Below, one piece after another: positions 1-10,571 of a stretch of 64,000 nucleotides of DNA. Position 1 is the stretch's first letter. Every line of letters begins with the position of its first letter. The DNA lies in NCBI GenBank assembly GCA_965237905.1, contig OZ250172.1, positions 2,880,001-2,944,000 on the forward strand, read 5' to 3'. Under the pieces are notes generated by a model, which saw only the letters and a list, made by a program, of their open reading frames with translations, did no database searches and had not been told where the DNA came from. Origin of the DNA: Nitrospinaceae bacterium. Lineage in GTDB: Bacteria; Nitrospinota; Nitrospinia; Nitrospinales; Nitrospinaceae. The translations under genes were made by a program, and so were the position numbers.

Positions 1-72
1 AGCTGGGTATTGGCTTCTCTGTTGAAAGGTCTGGGTACCGGAATAGTTTTGTCGTTAATCTACAAGCGATGA
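1..72 (+). CDS. C-terminal fragment of a membrane protein cut by the window edge
   Basis: Frame 1 reads SWVLASLLKGLGTGIVLSLIYKR* (hydrophobic helix, basic tail) and ends just upstream of the cytochrome c gene. Confidence 0.45.
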   Translation, partial: SWVLASLLKGLGTGIVLSLIYKR

Positions 73-139
73 TTCGTTATAACTCAGGTTAGCGGACTCG
101 ATCATAAACTTGCATTTTTGAAACCAATGGGGACAATTT

Positions 140-514
140 ATGAAAAAGTTATTCGCCTGTATTGCGGCAATGTTGTTTTTGGCGGCCTGCGATTCCTCTT
201 CGCAAAGAGAGACGGTTGTCTTTTCCGAACCTCTGCCGGACTCGGAAGGTGAGCAGTTGTATCTGGATATGAAATGCCCCACCTGCCACGGGTATCAGGG
301 AGCCGGGGACGGATTTCTATCGGTCGGCCTGCAGCCGAGACCCGTGGACTTTTCTTCTGCTGAGGTCATGGCCACCCTTTCCGATGACCAATTGAAGGAA
401 GCGATTTACACAGGCAAAAATACAGGTATGCCGGGCTACCCTCAGTTCACCGACCATCAGATTACGGAATTGGTCCAGTATATCCGTTCCCTGTCGCAAC
501 CCCCTTCTAATTAG
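140..514 (+). CDS. Monoheme cytochrome c lipoprotein
   Basis: Lipobox LAAC, CPTCH heme-binding motif, distal Met in GMPGY. Confidence 0.88.
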   Translation: MKKLFACIAAMLFLAACDSSSQRETVVFSEPLPDSEGEQLYLDMKCPTCHGYQGAGDGFLSVGLQPRPVDFSSAEVMATLSDDQLKEAIYTGKNTGMPGYPQFTDHQITELVQYIRSLSQPPSN

Positions 515-518
515 GACA

Positions 519-553
519 CGGTGTCGTACTTCGACAGGCTCAGTATGACACCG
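519..553. repeat. REP-like palindromic element
   Basis: Stem CGGTGTCGTAC/GTATGACACCG around TTCGACAGGCTCA. Confidence 0.5.
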
Positions 554-717
554 GAGGTATAGCCGGGAAAGCCGAATTCCCTCCGGGCGTGGTCCGGGCG
601 GTTTTTTCTTTGGATTTGCGGTACAATGAAGTATAATCAACGGTTTTTGTTGAATCCTCTCCTTGGCTTCTCCAAAGCACACCGACACATTTATTTATCG
701 AGGAATACCCCACAATT

Positions 718-2541
718 ATGAGTAGTGAATTGATTCGTAACATTGGCATCATTGCGCATGTCGACCACGGCAAGACCACACTGGTGGACTGTCTTCTCAA
801 ACAGGGCGGTACGTTCCGCGACGACAAGGTGATGGAGACCTGCGTGATGGACAGCAACGATTTGGAACGCGAGCGCGGCATTACCATCTTTTCCAAAAAC
901 GCCTCCATCCATTATCAAAAATATAAAATCAATATCGTGGATACCCCGGGCCATGCCGATTTCGGCGGCGAAGTGGAACGTATCCTGAAAATGGTCAATG
1001 GCGTTCTGCTGATCGTCGATGCCGCCGAAGGACCGATGCCGCAGACCCGGTTCGTCCTCAAAAAATCGCTCGACCTGGGACTCAAGCCCATCGTGGTGAT
1101 CAACAAAATTGACCGCCCTGGTGCCGATCCTGTGAAAGCACTCAATGAGGTATTCGATCTGTTTGTGAACCTGGGCGCGAGCGACGAGCAATTGGATTTT
1201 TCTACCATTTATACTTCTGCCAAGCAGGGGTTCTGCCGTTTGGAGCCGGAAGGTGAGAATCAGGACATGAAGCCTCTGCTCGATCTCATTGTCCAAAAAG
1301 TGGAGCCGCATGCCGGCGACCCGGAAGGCGCGTTTCAAATGCTGGTGTCTTCCATCGATTACAGCGATTACGTGGGGCGTATCGCCATCGGCAAAATTCA
1401 ACGCGGTACTTACAATTCGAAGAAGCAATACACGCTGATCAACCGGGCGGGCGACATGCAGGAATTCAAGATTACCAAACTGTTTACCTACGAGGGGCTG
1501 GAGCAGGTGGAGGCGGAAGTCGCATCGACCGGCGATATCATCGGCGTTGCCGGGATGAAAGAGGTGGACATCGGTGAGACCATTGCCGACAGCGAATATC
1601 CCGAAGCTCTACCGGTGATCGAAATTGACGAACCGACGTTGTCTATCAATTTTATCGTGAACGATTCTCCATTCGCGGGCCGGGAGGGGAAGTTTGTCAC
1701 CTCACGACAATTGCGTGACCGGCTGTTCAAGGAAATCAAAAAAAATGTTGCCCTCCGGGTCGAGGAGACCGGCGGCGGGGACGCGTTCAAGGTTTCCGGG
1801 CGGGGTGAGCTTCATCTGGGTATCCTGATCGAAACCATGCGCCGGGAGGGCTATGAGTTTGCCGTGTCTCGACCGGAAGTGGTGATGAAGGAAGTCGATG
1901 GTAAAACCCTGGAGCCCGAGGAGTTCGTTATCATTGACGTGGACGAAGCTTATATGGGACCGGTGATGGAGGCAATGGGACAACGCAAAGGCACTATGAA
2001 GAATATGCTGCACTCCGGATCCGATATGGTTCGTCTGGAATTTGTGATTCCTACCCGGGGACTGTTCGGTTTCCGTTCGCAATTGTTGACTCTGACCAAG
2101 GGAACCGGGACGTTGAATAGCAGTTTCCACAACTACATCCCTTATTGCGGTGCCTTGGCGCGTCGTATCAATGGAGTTCTGATTTCCCTCGAAGGCGGGA
2201 AAACCACCGGCTATTCCATCTACAACCTGGAAGACCGGGGGACGATGTTCATGGGGCCGGGGGAAGAGGTCTACACGGGAATGATTATCGGAGAGAATAA
2301 AAAAGACAGCGATCTGGTGGTCAATGTTTGCAAGGGCAAAAAGCTGACCAACATGAGGACCTCCGGTTCCGACGACACCATCAGCCTTACGCCACCGCGC
2401 CGAATGAGCCTGGAGCAGATTCTGGGTTATCTGAATCATGACGAGTTGGCCGAAATCACCCCTGCCAGTATTCGCCTGCGCAAAAAACTGCTGGATGAAA
2501 ACGCCCGAAAACGAGATTCTAAAAAGCAGAGTGTTTCCTGA
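718..2541 (+). CDS. typA: Translational GTPase TypA/BipA
   Basis: [27 protein letters not shown], and BipA-type [18 protein letters not shown] and KKLTNMR motifs; 607 aa. Confidence 0.98.
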   Translation: MSSELIRNIGIIAHVDHGKTTLVDCLLKQGGTFRDDKVMETCVMDSNDLERERGITIFSKNASIHYQKYKINIVDTPGHADFGGEVERILKMVNGVLLIVDAAEGPMPQTRFVLKKSLDLGLKPIVVINKIDRPGADPVKALNEVFDLFVNLGASDEQLDFSTIYTSAKQGFCRLEPEGENQDMKPLLDLIVQKVEPHAGDPEGAFQMLVSSIDYSDYVGRIAIGKIQRGTYNSKKQYTLINRAGDMQEFKITKLFTYEGLEQVEAEVASTGDIIGVAGMKEVDIGETIADSEYPEALPVIEIDEPTLSINFIVNDSPFAGREGKFVTSRQLRDRLFKEIKKNVALRVEETGGGDAFKVSGRGELHLGILIETMRREGYEFAVSRPEVVMKEVDGKTLEPEEFVIIDVDEAYMGPVMEAMGQRKGTMKNMLHSGSDMVRLEFVIPTRGLFGFRSQLLTLTKGTGTLNSSFHNYIPYCGALARRINGVLISLEGGKTTGYSIYNLEDRGTMFMGPGEEVYTGMIIGENKKDSDLVVNVCKGKKLTNMRTSGSDDTISLTPPRRMSLEQILGYLNHDELAEITPASIRLRKKLLDENARKRDSKKQSVS

Positions 2542-2565
2542 CTTTTAGTTCCCGCTTACCTGCGC

Positions 2566-3042
2566 CTAATTAAGATTTTCCGAATACTGGGCAGGAACCG
2601 AGAACATATTAGAAGGACTCTCATAAAACGTCTCGTTGCCATTGACCCCGTCCTCGTTCGCGTCTTTATACATCAAATCCCAGGTGCCGTCTTCGTTGAC
2701 GTCAAACGCGTAAAATAAGGCTTTCTCGGAAATCACGTAGATCTGATTGGCCGGTCCGTAATTGACATAGAAAACCGGTGCACCTTTGTAAAGACCAGGC
2801 AATTGCTTCAGCGGTTCGCTGGTCAAATAGGTTTTGACAACAAAATGGACGGTATGGTAATCGGCCCGGCCGTTGTGGTCGAGGTCGAAGCTGATATAGA
2901 GTAGTCCATTGCCTTTTAAGTTCCAGGCAGTTTTGTTTTCCAGCGGGGGATCAACGAGAGGAAGATTAGGGAATCCCATTCCCAGACTCGGGAGCAGTAA
3001 AAGAATTGCCAGCAGGACGGCTTTGGTGATCAGGTGTTTCAT
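2566..3042 (-). CDS. Secreted hypothetical protein with DxDxDG-type Ca-binding loops
   Basis: GAGGAGG RBS before MKHLITKAVLL signal peptide; DLDHNGRAD, DVNEDGTWD, DANEDG motifs. Confidence 0.7.
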   Translation of the reverse strand: MKHLITKAVLLAILLLLPSLGMGFPNLPLVDPPLENKTAWNLKGNGLLYISFDLDHNGRADYHTVHFVVKTYLTSEPLKQLPGLYKGAPVFYVNYGPANQIYVISEKALFYAFDVNEDGTWDLMYKDANEDGVNGNETFYESPSNMFSVPAQYSENLN

Positions 3043-3189
3043 GACGAACACCTCCTCTTTTTTTGCGGCAATCAGTCCAAGAAGATTTGCCGCTTATCCG
3101 GACTCGCTGTTGCCAGCCCCTCGGTCCGGATTCAATGAAGAATTCAGTCTCATTCGAGTTGAATTCAAATGTACCCTCAACCTGATACA

Positions 3190-3205
3190 TTCAAGTCCTG
3201 TGCCA
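3190..3205 (-). promoter_or_regulatory. Sigma-54-like promoter for the 2566-3042 gene (variant -12 box)
   Basis: Minus strand TGGCAC-AGGAC-TTGAA: perfect -24 box and spacing, -12 reads TTGA instead of TTGC. Confidence 0.5.
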
Positions 3206-3374
3206 TTTTAAGCCTCAAAAATACAAAGCCTTTGTTTTGAATAAGTTATTAGATTTACCTTAAAATAACGGGCTTTCTGAATGTGCCAATTTTGAGCCAT
3301 TTAGGTCGAATTTTGTCCATTTCTTGGACAAGAATTACAGAAGAATTCCCACTTTTATAATGATTTTGGGAGGC

Positions 3375-5339
3375 TTAAAGCGTGGGGACATTGAGGGTTT
3401 TTTGAATCATATCCAACAGCAGGTTCAAGTCCATGGGTTTGGTCATGTAATTTTTGAAACCTGAATCGAGGGCGTTTTTAATATCGTGCTCCATAGCGTT
3501 GGCACTCACTGCAATGACAGGAATGGATTTTGTTTCGTTCCAGCCCTGGAGTTTTTTGAAGGCGGTTATTCCATCCATCTCCGGAAGATTGATATCCATT
3601 AAAATCAAAGAGGGCTGATGTTGGCGTGCCAAATCCAGGCCGTCAACCGCGTTTTGGCTGGACATAAAGTTAAAGGACGTAAATTCCTGAAGGTATTTTT
3701 GCACCAGCATCAGGTTGGAATTATTGTCCTCTATATAAAGGATGGTTTGTTGGTTTTGATTTTCTTCCTTAGTTTTTTTTGGGACTATTTTTCCCAGGGG
3801 ATGTTCTTTTGGAACCTGCCCCGAGTGATCTCCCGCCGGGAGTTCAATGGTAAACCGGCTTCCTTTCCCCTTTTCGCTTTCCAGGGAAATAGTCCCATCC
3901 ATTAAACCCATCAGCTTTTTGGTTATGGTCAACCCGATACCGGTTCCCTCGATTCCTGAATCCTCCGCCCCCAGGCGTTCAAAGGGTTCAAATAATAATT
4001 TCTGCTTGTCGGCTTCAATTCCAGGTCCAGTATCGATGACATGTATTTTTACCCGGTTCGCATCCGTTATTTCGCTTTTAAGGAAAACTTCTCCTCCCTC
4101 CCGATTATATTTGATCGCATTAGCCACCAGATTGATAAGGGCTTGTTTCAGACGAGTGGAATCTGCAAACACATATAGGGCGGATTCCGATATGTGATCC
4201 CTTATTTTGATCCTCCTTTTGTTTGCTATGGGTTCAACCACCGGTAACAGTTTTTTCAGAAGGCGGGAGACGTCTGTGTTTTCATTGAAGACTTTCAGCG
4301 ACCCGGTTTCGATCTGGGTCAGGTCCAACACTTCACTAATGAGTTCCAGTAAATGATTTCCTGCGGTTCGAATTTGTCCAACGTTTTCATTTTCTTTGGA
4401 GTCCAGATGACCTTTTTTATTCAGTTCGAGAAGTTGCGCGAAACCGAGGATGGCATTGAGCGGAGTTCTCAGTTCATGGCTCATGTGAGAGAGAAATTCA
4501 GATTTGGCGCGGCTGGCTTGTTCGGCTTCTTCCTGCGCTTTTCGTAACAAAGCTTCGGTTTCTTTGCGCTGAGTTACATCTCTCTTTAACGCCTCATTGA
4601 TTTTGACGAGATCGGAGGTACGCTCTTCCACTCGTTTTTCCAGTTCGGCCTGTGAAACTTTAAGGGCGATCTCCGTTAGTTTTTTCTGGGTGATGTCGGT
4701 AGCGACACCGGCGATACGGTAATTTTCACCCAACTCATTTTTAATAGGAAATCCCTTGGCGTGGATCCATCGTAGGGAGTTATCCGGGCGCTTTATCCGG
4801 TATTCAACATCGAACAACCCTCGAACCAGGCTTTCTTGGTTGAACACCGCGATTACTTTCGACTGATCTTCAGGAAGAATAAAGCTGATCCAGATTTTTG
4901 GGTCCTTATATAAATCAGCCGATTTTCTCTGAAAGATAGTTTCGTAAGCCGGGCTGACATAAATAATCTCTCCACCATCAATGCTGGTCATCCAGAATAT
5001 TTCTTCCAGGTTTTCAGTCAGCTGGCGAAAGTACTCTTCATTTTCTCTCAGGCTTTTCTCCGTTTTTTTGGGGGCGGTCAGTATTTGTTCCAGAAAAAAA
5101 ATGGAAAGGAAAGCCATGATGCTGACCATGAGGCCGGGCAACTCGGATGAGGCCAGGGTGAAATCGGTGAGATTGGAAGCCGGTGTGTTCCACAGCGTCA
5201 GTAATTGATGCAACGCCATCAATGCGAACATCAGGGTTAGAAAACCGATTCGCCAATCGCGCGTACGGCGAAGCAAAAGAACTGACCAGACAACAGCCAG
5301 AATACGGATGGCGATGGAGGTTCCTATGATTGCAATCAT
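3375..5339 (-). CDS. Hybrid sensor histidine kinase (TM-PAS-HisKA-HATPase-REC)
   Basis: N-terminal TM helices, PAS/PAC, SHELRTPL H-box, DTGPGI and GTGIGL boxes, C-terminal receiver (IEDN, LMDINLP, TKP). Confidence 0.93.
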   Translation of the reverse strand: MIAIIGTSIAIRILAVVWSVLLLRRTRDWRIGFLTLMFALMALHQLLTLWNTPASNLTDFTLASSELPGLMVSIMAFLSIFFLEQILTAPKKTEKSLRENEEYFRQLTENLEEIFWMTSIDGGEIIYVSPAYETIFQRKSADLYKDPKIWISFILPEDQSKVIAVFNQESLVRGLFDVEYRIKRPDNSLRWIHAKGFPIKNELGENYRIAGVATDITQKKLTEIALKVSQAELEKRVEERTSDLVKINEALKRDVTQRKETEALLRKAQEEAEQASRAKSEFLSHMSHELRTPLNAILGFAQLLELNKKGHLDSKENENVGQIRTAGNHLLELISEVLDLTQIETGSLKVFNENTDVSRLLKKLLPVVEPIANKRRIKIRDHISESALYVFADSTRLKQALINLVANAIKYNREGGEVFLKSEITDANRVKIHVIDTGPGIEADKQKLLFEPFERLGAEDSGIEGTGIGLTITKKLMGLMDGTISLESEKGKGSRFTIELPAGDHSGQVPKEHPLGKIVPKKTKEENQNQQTILYIEDNNSNLMLVQKYLQEFTSFNFMSSQNAVDGLDLARQHQPSLILMDINLPEMDGITAFKKLQGWNETKSIPVIAVSANAMEHDIKNALDSGFKNYMTKPMDLNLLLDMIQKTLNVPTL

Positions 5340-5466
5340 AGTGATCGGGTCTAAATGTTTGTTGATATGAGAGGCACGAATTGTTCAGCAGGGAAAACAA
5401 TTGTGATGAGCCCCAAGCTTTATGGTATGGATTTTGGGGTGGCAGGGCAAGGATAATATGAGTGCT

Positions 5467-6585
5467 CTATCTGAGGGGAATTTCAAACCAGAAGGTCGCT
5501 CCGGAACCCAGTTGGCTGGTCACATTCAGGTGGCCTTCATGAGCCTGAACCATTTTTTTGGAAATGGCCAGTCCCAGACCCGAACTGGATTCCCCGGCGG
5601 TGGGGCGAGCGGATAGTTTCTGAAAATGCTGAAAAAGTTTTTCCTGGTCTTCATCAGAAATCCCCGGCCCTTCATCCTTGACGCTAAAAACCAGTTTTCC
5701 TTCGCGTTCTTCCAAGCTGATAAAAATGGTTGTCCCGGATTCAGAAAATTTAATGGCATTGCTGATCAGGTTATCAATCACCTGGCCCATTTTGTTGGCA
5801 TCGATTCGGCACTTGGGAATGTTCGGCAGCTCGGATTGAATACGGATATTTTTTTTGTCGGCAAAAAACTGGTTGATCATGATGTGATGGTTGATCAGGC
5901 TTTCGAACGATTCGGGTTGAAGATCCAACTGTAGTTTTCCGCTTTCAATGACCGAGACGTCCAGCAGTTCATTGACCATCTGCAACAGATTCTCACTGCT
6001 TTTAAAGATAAAGTCGAGAAATTGGTCTTTGGTTTCCTCAGGCAATTCCTTTTTGTCATCCTTCAGAATCTGGGAGTAACCTTTGATCGCGCTCAGACCG
6101 TTTCTCATATCGTGAGACGCCATTCCCAGGAACTTATTTTTGAGTTCATTAAGCTCGTTCAATTGATCGTTTTTCAATTCCAACTGTTTTATCAATTGCT
6201 GAACTTTCAGGTGGGTTTGGACCCGCGCGAGCACTTCACTGTGGTTAAAGGGTTTGGTGATGTAATCGACCCCTCCCTCTTTGAAACCCTGTATAACGTC
6301 CTCCGGCTCGGCTCGGGCGGTAATGAAAATTACGGGCAGATTGCGCGTGCCTTCCTGGGTTTTCAGCTGGCGGCAGGTTTCAAATCCGTCGATACCCGGC
6401 ATGTTGACATCGAGGAGAATCAGGTCCGGCGCAAACTTCTCTGTGATAGTCAGGGCCTGTGCACCGCTTTGGGCAATAGATATAAGATAGTCCTCTTCCA
6501 GGATTTCTTCCAGGATTCTCAAATTCGTAGGGGTATCATCTACGATTAAGACTTTTGGCTTGTCGGCAGGGCTCGAGTCGTTCAT
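5467..6585 (-). CDS. Hybrid receiver-histidine kinase (REC-HisKA-HATPase)
   Basis: IVDD..LLDVNMP..ITKPF receiver; ASHDMRN H-box; NAIKF, DEGPGI, SGLGL. Confidence 0.93.
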   Translation of the reverse strand: MNDSSPADKPKVLIVDDTPTNLRILEEILEEDYLISIAQSGAQALTITEKFAPDLILLDVNMPGIDGFETCRQLKTQEGTRNLPVIFITARAEPEDVIQGFKEGGVDYITKPFNHSEVLARVQTHLKVQQLIKQLELKNDQLNELNELKNKFLGMASHDMRNGLSAIKGYSQILKDDKKELPEETKDQFLDFIFKSSENLLQMVNELLDVSVIESGKLQLDLQPESFESLINHHIMINQFFADKKNIRIQSELPNIPKCRIDANKMGQVIDNLISNAIKFSESGTTIFISLEEREGKLVFSVKDEGPGISDEDQEKLFQHFQKLSARPTAGESSSGLGLAISKKMVQAHEGHLNVTSQLGSGATFWFEIPLR

Positions 6586-6758
6586 GCTCTATGTGGGTTT
6601 GGCGCCATTAAAAAATGATCTTCTATCCGGGATTGCCAAAAAAAATAAATTAGCTTACCCTTATGGAGCAAGAAGTCACACTGTTTTTTGCTCCATGCTT
6701 TTTGAGTTCACTTGGCCTGACGAAATATTGTAGTTGTCTTTTTCGGAATAATCAAATT

Positions 6759-8195
6759 ATGGCGAAACCTTTAATATTTGTGGTGGACGACGAACCTGAA
6801 TCCGGCGGCCTGCTCGCCTATTATCTGGAGAAAGCCGGTTATGAGGTGGCGCAGTTTTCCAATGGGCCGGACTGTCTGAAGGCGTTGGACCGCAACCCCA
6901 GCCTCGTTTGTCTGGATATGCAAATGCCGGAGATGGACGGATTGGAGGTTCTCAAACGGATCAAAGCCCAGAACTCCAAATTGGGAGCCATCATGGTTAC
7001 CTCGAATAATGAGGTCGACACGGCAGTTCAGGCGTTGAAACTAGGCGCGGCAGACTACATCATCAAACCCGCGGATCGGGAAAGATTCCTGACGACGGTG
7101 GAGGATACTTTGGATCAGACTCAGTTGGTGGGCCAGATCCGCAATATGGAAAAGGACATGGAAAGCGCTTTCGCCTACAAAAATATTGTGGGAGAGAGCC
7201 AGGCCATCAAGAAGGTGTTCACCCAAATTGAGCAGGTCAAAGACAGCAACGTCAATGTGTATATCAATGGCGAAAGCGGGACGGGTAAGGAACTGGTGGC
7301 GCGCGCCATCCATTTCAGCGGACCGGAGGAGAACCGGCCATTTATCGATATCAATTGTAGCGCGCTGGCCGAAGGACTGTTGGAAACCGAAATGTTTGGA
7401 CATGAAAAGGGGGCGTTTACCGGAGCCATAGGGACCCACCGCGGCAAGCTGGAGTTGGCCGACGGCGGAACTCTGTTTTTCGATGAAATAGCCGACATGA
7501 GCCTCAAGCTTCAGGTCAAGCTTCTCAGGTTTCTGGAGGAGAAAAGTTTTGAAAGGGTGGGGGGCACCAAAAAAATCAAGGTCAACGTAAGAGTGGTTTC
7601 AGCGACCAATAAGGATTTGCAGAAAGAAGTCGAAAAAGGAAATTTTCGCGAGGATTTATATTACCGCCTGGTGGTTTTTACCATTCATGTGCCGCCGCTG
7701 AGAGAAAGAAAGAACGATATTCCGCTTTTGTGTGGCTACCTCCTGAATAAATTTAAAGATGAGCTGAATAAAGAGATTTCCCATATTTCACCCGGCGCCA
7801 TGGATATTCTCAATCATTACCGTTGGCCCGGAAACGTCCGGCAACTGCAGAATGTGATATTGCAATCGATGTTGATGTCGCAGACCAGTACGATTGAAAT
7901 CGAGAATCTTCCCCAGGAAATCCAGAAAGCAGGGGAGGAGGGGGCTACTGCCTCGGTCAAAGGAGAACCTGCTTTGTCTGAGGAAGTGAGAGCATCAGAT
8001 GGAATGGAAACGTCGGAAAACGATCAGGCCGGTTCCAATAGGATTTCCCTGGATGAAGGTGAAAAACAGACTCTCATGAGCGCTCTTAAAATGACCAACT
8101 GGAATATCTCCGAAGCTTCCAACCTTTTAGGTATTAGTCGAACTACCTTTTACCGGAAACTCAAAAAGCATGGGTTGAGCCAGACCCGGGGCTAA
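6759..8195 (+). CDS. Sigma-54-dependent NtrC/Fis-family response regulator (enhancer-binding protein)
   Basis: Receiver domain, GESGTGKE Walker A, GAFTGA, FFDEI Walker B, WPGNVRQL, C-terminal Fis HTH; start taken at MAKPLIFVVDDE. Confidence 0.96.
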   Translation: MAKPLIFVVDDEPESGGLLAYYLEKAGYEVAQFSNGPDCLKALDRNPSLVCLDMQMPEMDGLEVLKRIKAQNSKLGAIMVTSNNEVDTAVQALKLGAADYIIKPADRERFLTTVEDTLDQTQLVGQIRNMEKDMESAFAYKNIVGESQAIKKVFTQIEQVKDSNVNVYINGESGTGKELVARAIHFSGPEENRPFIDINCSALAEGLLETEMFGHEKGAFTGAIGTHRGKLELADGGTLFFDEIADMSLKLQVKLLRFLEEKSFERVGGTKKIKVNVRVVSATNKDLQKEVEKGNFREDLYYRLVVFTIHVPPLRERKNDIPLLCGYLLNKFKDELNKEISHISPGAMDILNHYRWPGNVRQLQNVILQSMLMSQTSTIEIENLPQEIQKAGEEGATASVKGEPALSEEVRASDGMETSENDQAGSNRISLDEGEKQTLMSALKMTNWNISEASNLLGISRTTFYRKLKKHGLSQTRG

Positions 8196-8305
8196 CTGCT
8201 GTCAGAACCCCGGTTTCCAGGGATTAGGGAATCTCCCCAAGACCAACTATCACCTGATCCTTGGTCCGGTTTGAATCCTGAGTTAACCCCTAACGGGTAA
8301 ATCCC

Positions 8306-8341
8306 AAAAAAAAACGCCCGACGGTCAAACCGTCAGGCGTT
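8306..8341 (-). terminator. Intrinsic terminator, cassette 1
   Basis: Minus strand CGCCTGACGG-loop-CCGTCGGGCG followed by a T9 tract. Confidence 0.85.
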
Positions 8342-8359
8342 GGAAGTGCATTGTGCAGA

Positions 8360-8632
8360 TTAGAAACAGTTAGGATACTCACCTATTAAGCCTAAGTCCG
8401 CGCATGTAGGATCCGTATCGGGCTCTTCCACAACCTTCCATTCGGCCTTACCACTCTCAAGGTTAGCCTTTTCCAACCGCATCTCTTCACCATGCGTCAT
8501 GTCATCATCAGCCGTGGTAACCTTCGCGGCTTTTGCAGCTTTGTCAGGACCTGCCAAAGCTGGAGAACCCAGAACCAAACTTACGATAGCTACCATTGCA
8601 ATTTGGAACATCCAAAATTTAGCTTTTTTCAT
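8360..8632 (-). CDS. Small secreted protein, paralog 1 (core type A)
   Basis: Signal peptide ending SPALA, GAGG RBS, C-terminus PTCADLGLIGEYPNCF shared with four neighbours. Confidence 0.88.
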   Translation of the reverse strand: MKKAKFWMFQIAMVAIVSLVLGSPALAGPDKAAKAAKVTTADDDMTHGEEMRLEKANLESGKAEWKVVEEPDTDPTCADLGLIGEYPNCF

Positions 8633-8707
8633 CTTTGTTACCTCTCTCTTAATTAATGACTATAGATCTATATATACCCCAATAAGAGTATTAACTGCTA
8701 TTAATAT

Positions 8708-8724
8708 AGCAGGATGCATGCCAA
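8708..8724 (-). promoter_or_regulatory. Sigma-54 promoter, cassette 1
   Basis: TTGGCATGCATCCTGCT (GG-N10-GC) about 75 nt upstream of the ATG. Confidence 0.85.
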
Positions 8725-9081
8725 CGGATCCCCTAAATATTCAATTTTATTCTACTAATTGAATTTAAACGGATTATTCAGGCATTTTTATTGTTCATAT
8801 GGAATCCTAGTATAGTTTTGAACATATCTAAGGGGATTTTCCGCCAAATTTGGGCTCTGGTTGGACATTATTTGGATATTTTCATGTAGATAATTGATTT
8901 TATTACTTTTAGATCAATAATAGGAATTATCCAAAATTGCTCACTTTAACTCTTTATAATCAAAAGGCTTGTAATTTGGACGGTCAAATGGGTGGGGAGG
9001 GCTCCAGGTAAAAGAGTTGCGGCCTTCGCAGCCACTCCAAAGGGAACACAGGGGGTTTTACTACCATGCAGGGTTTGAACA

Positions 9082-9111
9082 ATGAGCAGAGAGACGGTAA
9101 AAGGGGGTGCC
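9082..9111 (-). pseudogene. Decayed copy of the 3' end of the 12699-14729 kinase gene
   Basis: atgagcagagagacggtaaaagggggtgcc vs atgggcagagagacggtaaaggaggtgcc at 12706-12734 (FTVSL in both). Confidence 0.75.
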
Positions 9112-9125
9112 CTATAAGTCTCCCC

Positions 9126-9211
9126 CAGGCGGGCTCCAAATAACATTTCTCTGGATGAAGGTAAGAAGTAGCCTTCTCTTGAGCGCTCTAAAAATGACCC
9201 GCTGGAATATC
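9126..9211 (+). pseudogene. Decayed copy of the NtrC-gene segment 8025-8108
   Basis: ctggatgaagg...gagcgctct..aaaatgacc..ctggaatatc shared with 8025-8108; further copies at ~10036-10110, ~10921-10996, ~11751-11835. Confidence 0.8.
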
Positions 9212-9229
9212 CTCTAATGGGTGAATCCC

Positions 9230-9265
9230 AAAAAAAAACGCCTAACGGCTCAGCCGTCAGGCGTT
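9230..9265 (-). terminator. Intrinsic terminator, cassette 2
   Basis: Same hairpin plus T tract as cassette 1. Confidence 0.82.
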
Positions 9266-9283
9266 AAAAGTACATTGTGCAGA

Positions 9284-9592
9284 TTAGAAACAATGGGGCC
9301 AAGTACCCAATAGTCCTAAGTCCGCGCATGTAGGATCTGGATCGGGATCAGGATCAGGCTCATCTGCGTGATGTTCAGCGTTGTGCTCGGCCAGTTGTTG
9401 GTCGTGCTGCGCTTGCCAGTGGTCAAGTTTTTCGGGGTGCATGGCAATTTTTTTGTCGAACATTTTTTGATGCTGTTCGTGCCATTTCTCGTCATCAAAT
9501 CCATGACCCTCTGCAAAAACCGGGGATCCAAAAACCAAACTTATGATGGCTACCATTGCGATTTGAGCTAACCAGAATTTAACGTTTTTCAT
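9284..9592 (-). CDS. Small secreted His-rich protein, paralog 2 (core type B)
   Basis: Signal ending SPVFA; (PD)n linker; PTCADLGLLGTWPHCF. Confidence 0.88.
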   Translation of the reverse strand: MKNVKFWLAQIAMVAIISLVFGSPVFAEGHGFDDEKWHEQHQKMFDKKIAMHPEKLDHWQAQHDQQLAEHNAEHHADEPDPDPDPDPTCADLGLLGTWPHCF

Positions 9593-9667
9593 TTTTTTTA
9601 CCTCACCTCTTATTAATAACTATAGATTCACACATACCCCGATAGAAGTATTGCTTGCCCTTGATAT

Positions 9668-9684
9668 AGCAGGATACATGCCAA
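9668..9684 (-). promoter_or_regulatory. Sigma-54 promoter, cassette 2
   Basis: TTGGCATGTATCCTGCT. Confidence 0.85.
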
Positions 9685-10128
9685 GCAAGTACCTAAATGG
9701 GCGATTTTAATCTGCTAATTGAATTGAAGGGGATTATTCAAGGGGTTTTTATTCACATGGAATTTTAATGTAGTTTTTCAGAATATCGGGAACGATATTT
9801 TGGCTAAATTTGTACTCTAATTGGTTTGTTATTTAGACACCCTAATATAAGTGGTTGGCTTGATTTGACTTGGTTGATTGTTAAAGAGGGTACAAAGTTA
9901 TTCACTTTAGCCCTTTATAATCAAAAGCTTGTAATTTGGACAGTTAAATGGGTGAGATGGTTCAAGAAAAATAGAATTGAGGGGTTCTCAGTCACTCGGG
10001 AGAATAAAGGATGCCCTGGCTTGCCATGTTCCAGGAGGCGGGTTCAATAGCATTTCTTTGGGTGAAGGTGAGAAGCAGACTCAACCTGAACGCTTTTAGA
10101 ATGACCACTGAAAAGAAAGGATAACCCC

Positions 10129-10164
10129 AAAAAAAAACACCTGACGGCTCAGCCGTCAGGCGTT
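10129..10164 (-). terminator. Intrinsic terminator, cassette 3
   Basis: CCTGACGGC-TGA-GCCGTCAGG hairpin plus T tract. Confidence 0.85.
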
Positions 10165-10182
10165 AGAAGTGCATTGTGCTCA

Positions 10183-10479
10183 TTAAAAACAATTGGGCCA
10201 AGTACCCATTAAGTCGAAGTCCTCGCATGTAGGATCCGGATTGGGATCATCTGGGTGAAATTCAGCATTGTGCTCGGCAAGTTTGCTGTCGAATACTTCT
10301 TGCCAGTGGGCAGATTTTTCGGGTTGACCAGTAACTTTTTTGTCTAACCATGCATCAAGATTCTCGTGCCATTTTGTGTCATCGAAGTTTTCATCGTCTG
10401 CGAAAACCGGGGACCCAAAGGCTAAACTTACGATGGCTACCATTGCAATTTGAGCTAACCAGAATTTAGCTTTTTTCAT
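10183..10479 (-). CDS. Small secreted protein, paralog 3 (core type B)
   Basis: Signal ending SPVFA; FDDTKWH..HNAEFH core; PTCEDFDLMGTWPNCF. Confidence 0.88.
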   Translation of the reverse strand: MKKAKFWLAQIAMVAIVSLAFGSPVFADDENFDDTKWHENLDAWLDKKVTGQPEKSAHWQEVFDSKLAEHNAEFHPDDPNPDPTCEDFDLMGTWPNCF

Positions 10480-10554
10480 TTTTTTACCTCTCTTCTCTCT
10501 TATGAATGACTATGGATCTATATATACCCCAAGTGGCGTATATATATTAAGTAA

Positions 10555-10571
10555 AGCAGGATGCATGCCAA
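10555..10571 (-). promoter_or_regulatory. Sigma-54 promoter, cassette 3
   Basis: TTGGCATGCATCCTGCT. Confidence 0.85.

Noticed and set aside
691..2439. Long antisense ORFs opposite typA, and similar shadow ORFs elsewhere (e.g. 41851-42648, 42898-43521)
   Set aside because: They are reverse-frame shadows of conserved genes, with no motifs or RBS.
8946..9146. 66-aa ORF containing RAPP
   Set aside because: It overlaps the decayed kinase 3' remnant (RAPPFTVSL vs KGTSFTVSL). RAPP is incidental and there is no RBS.
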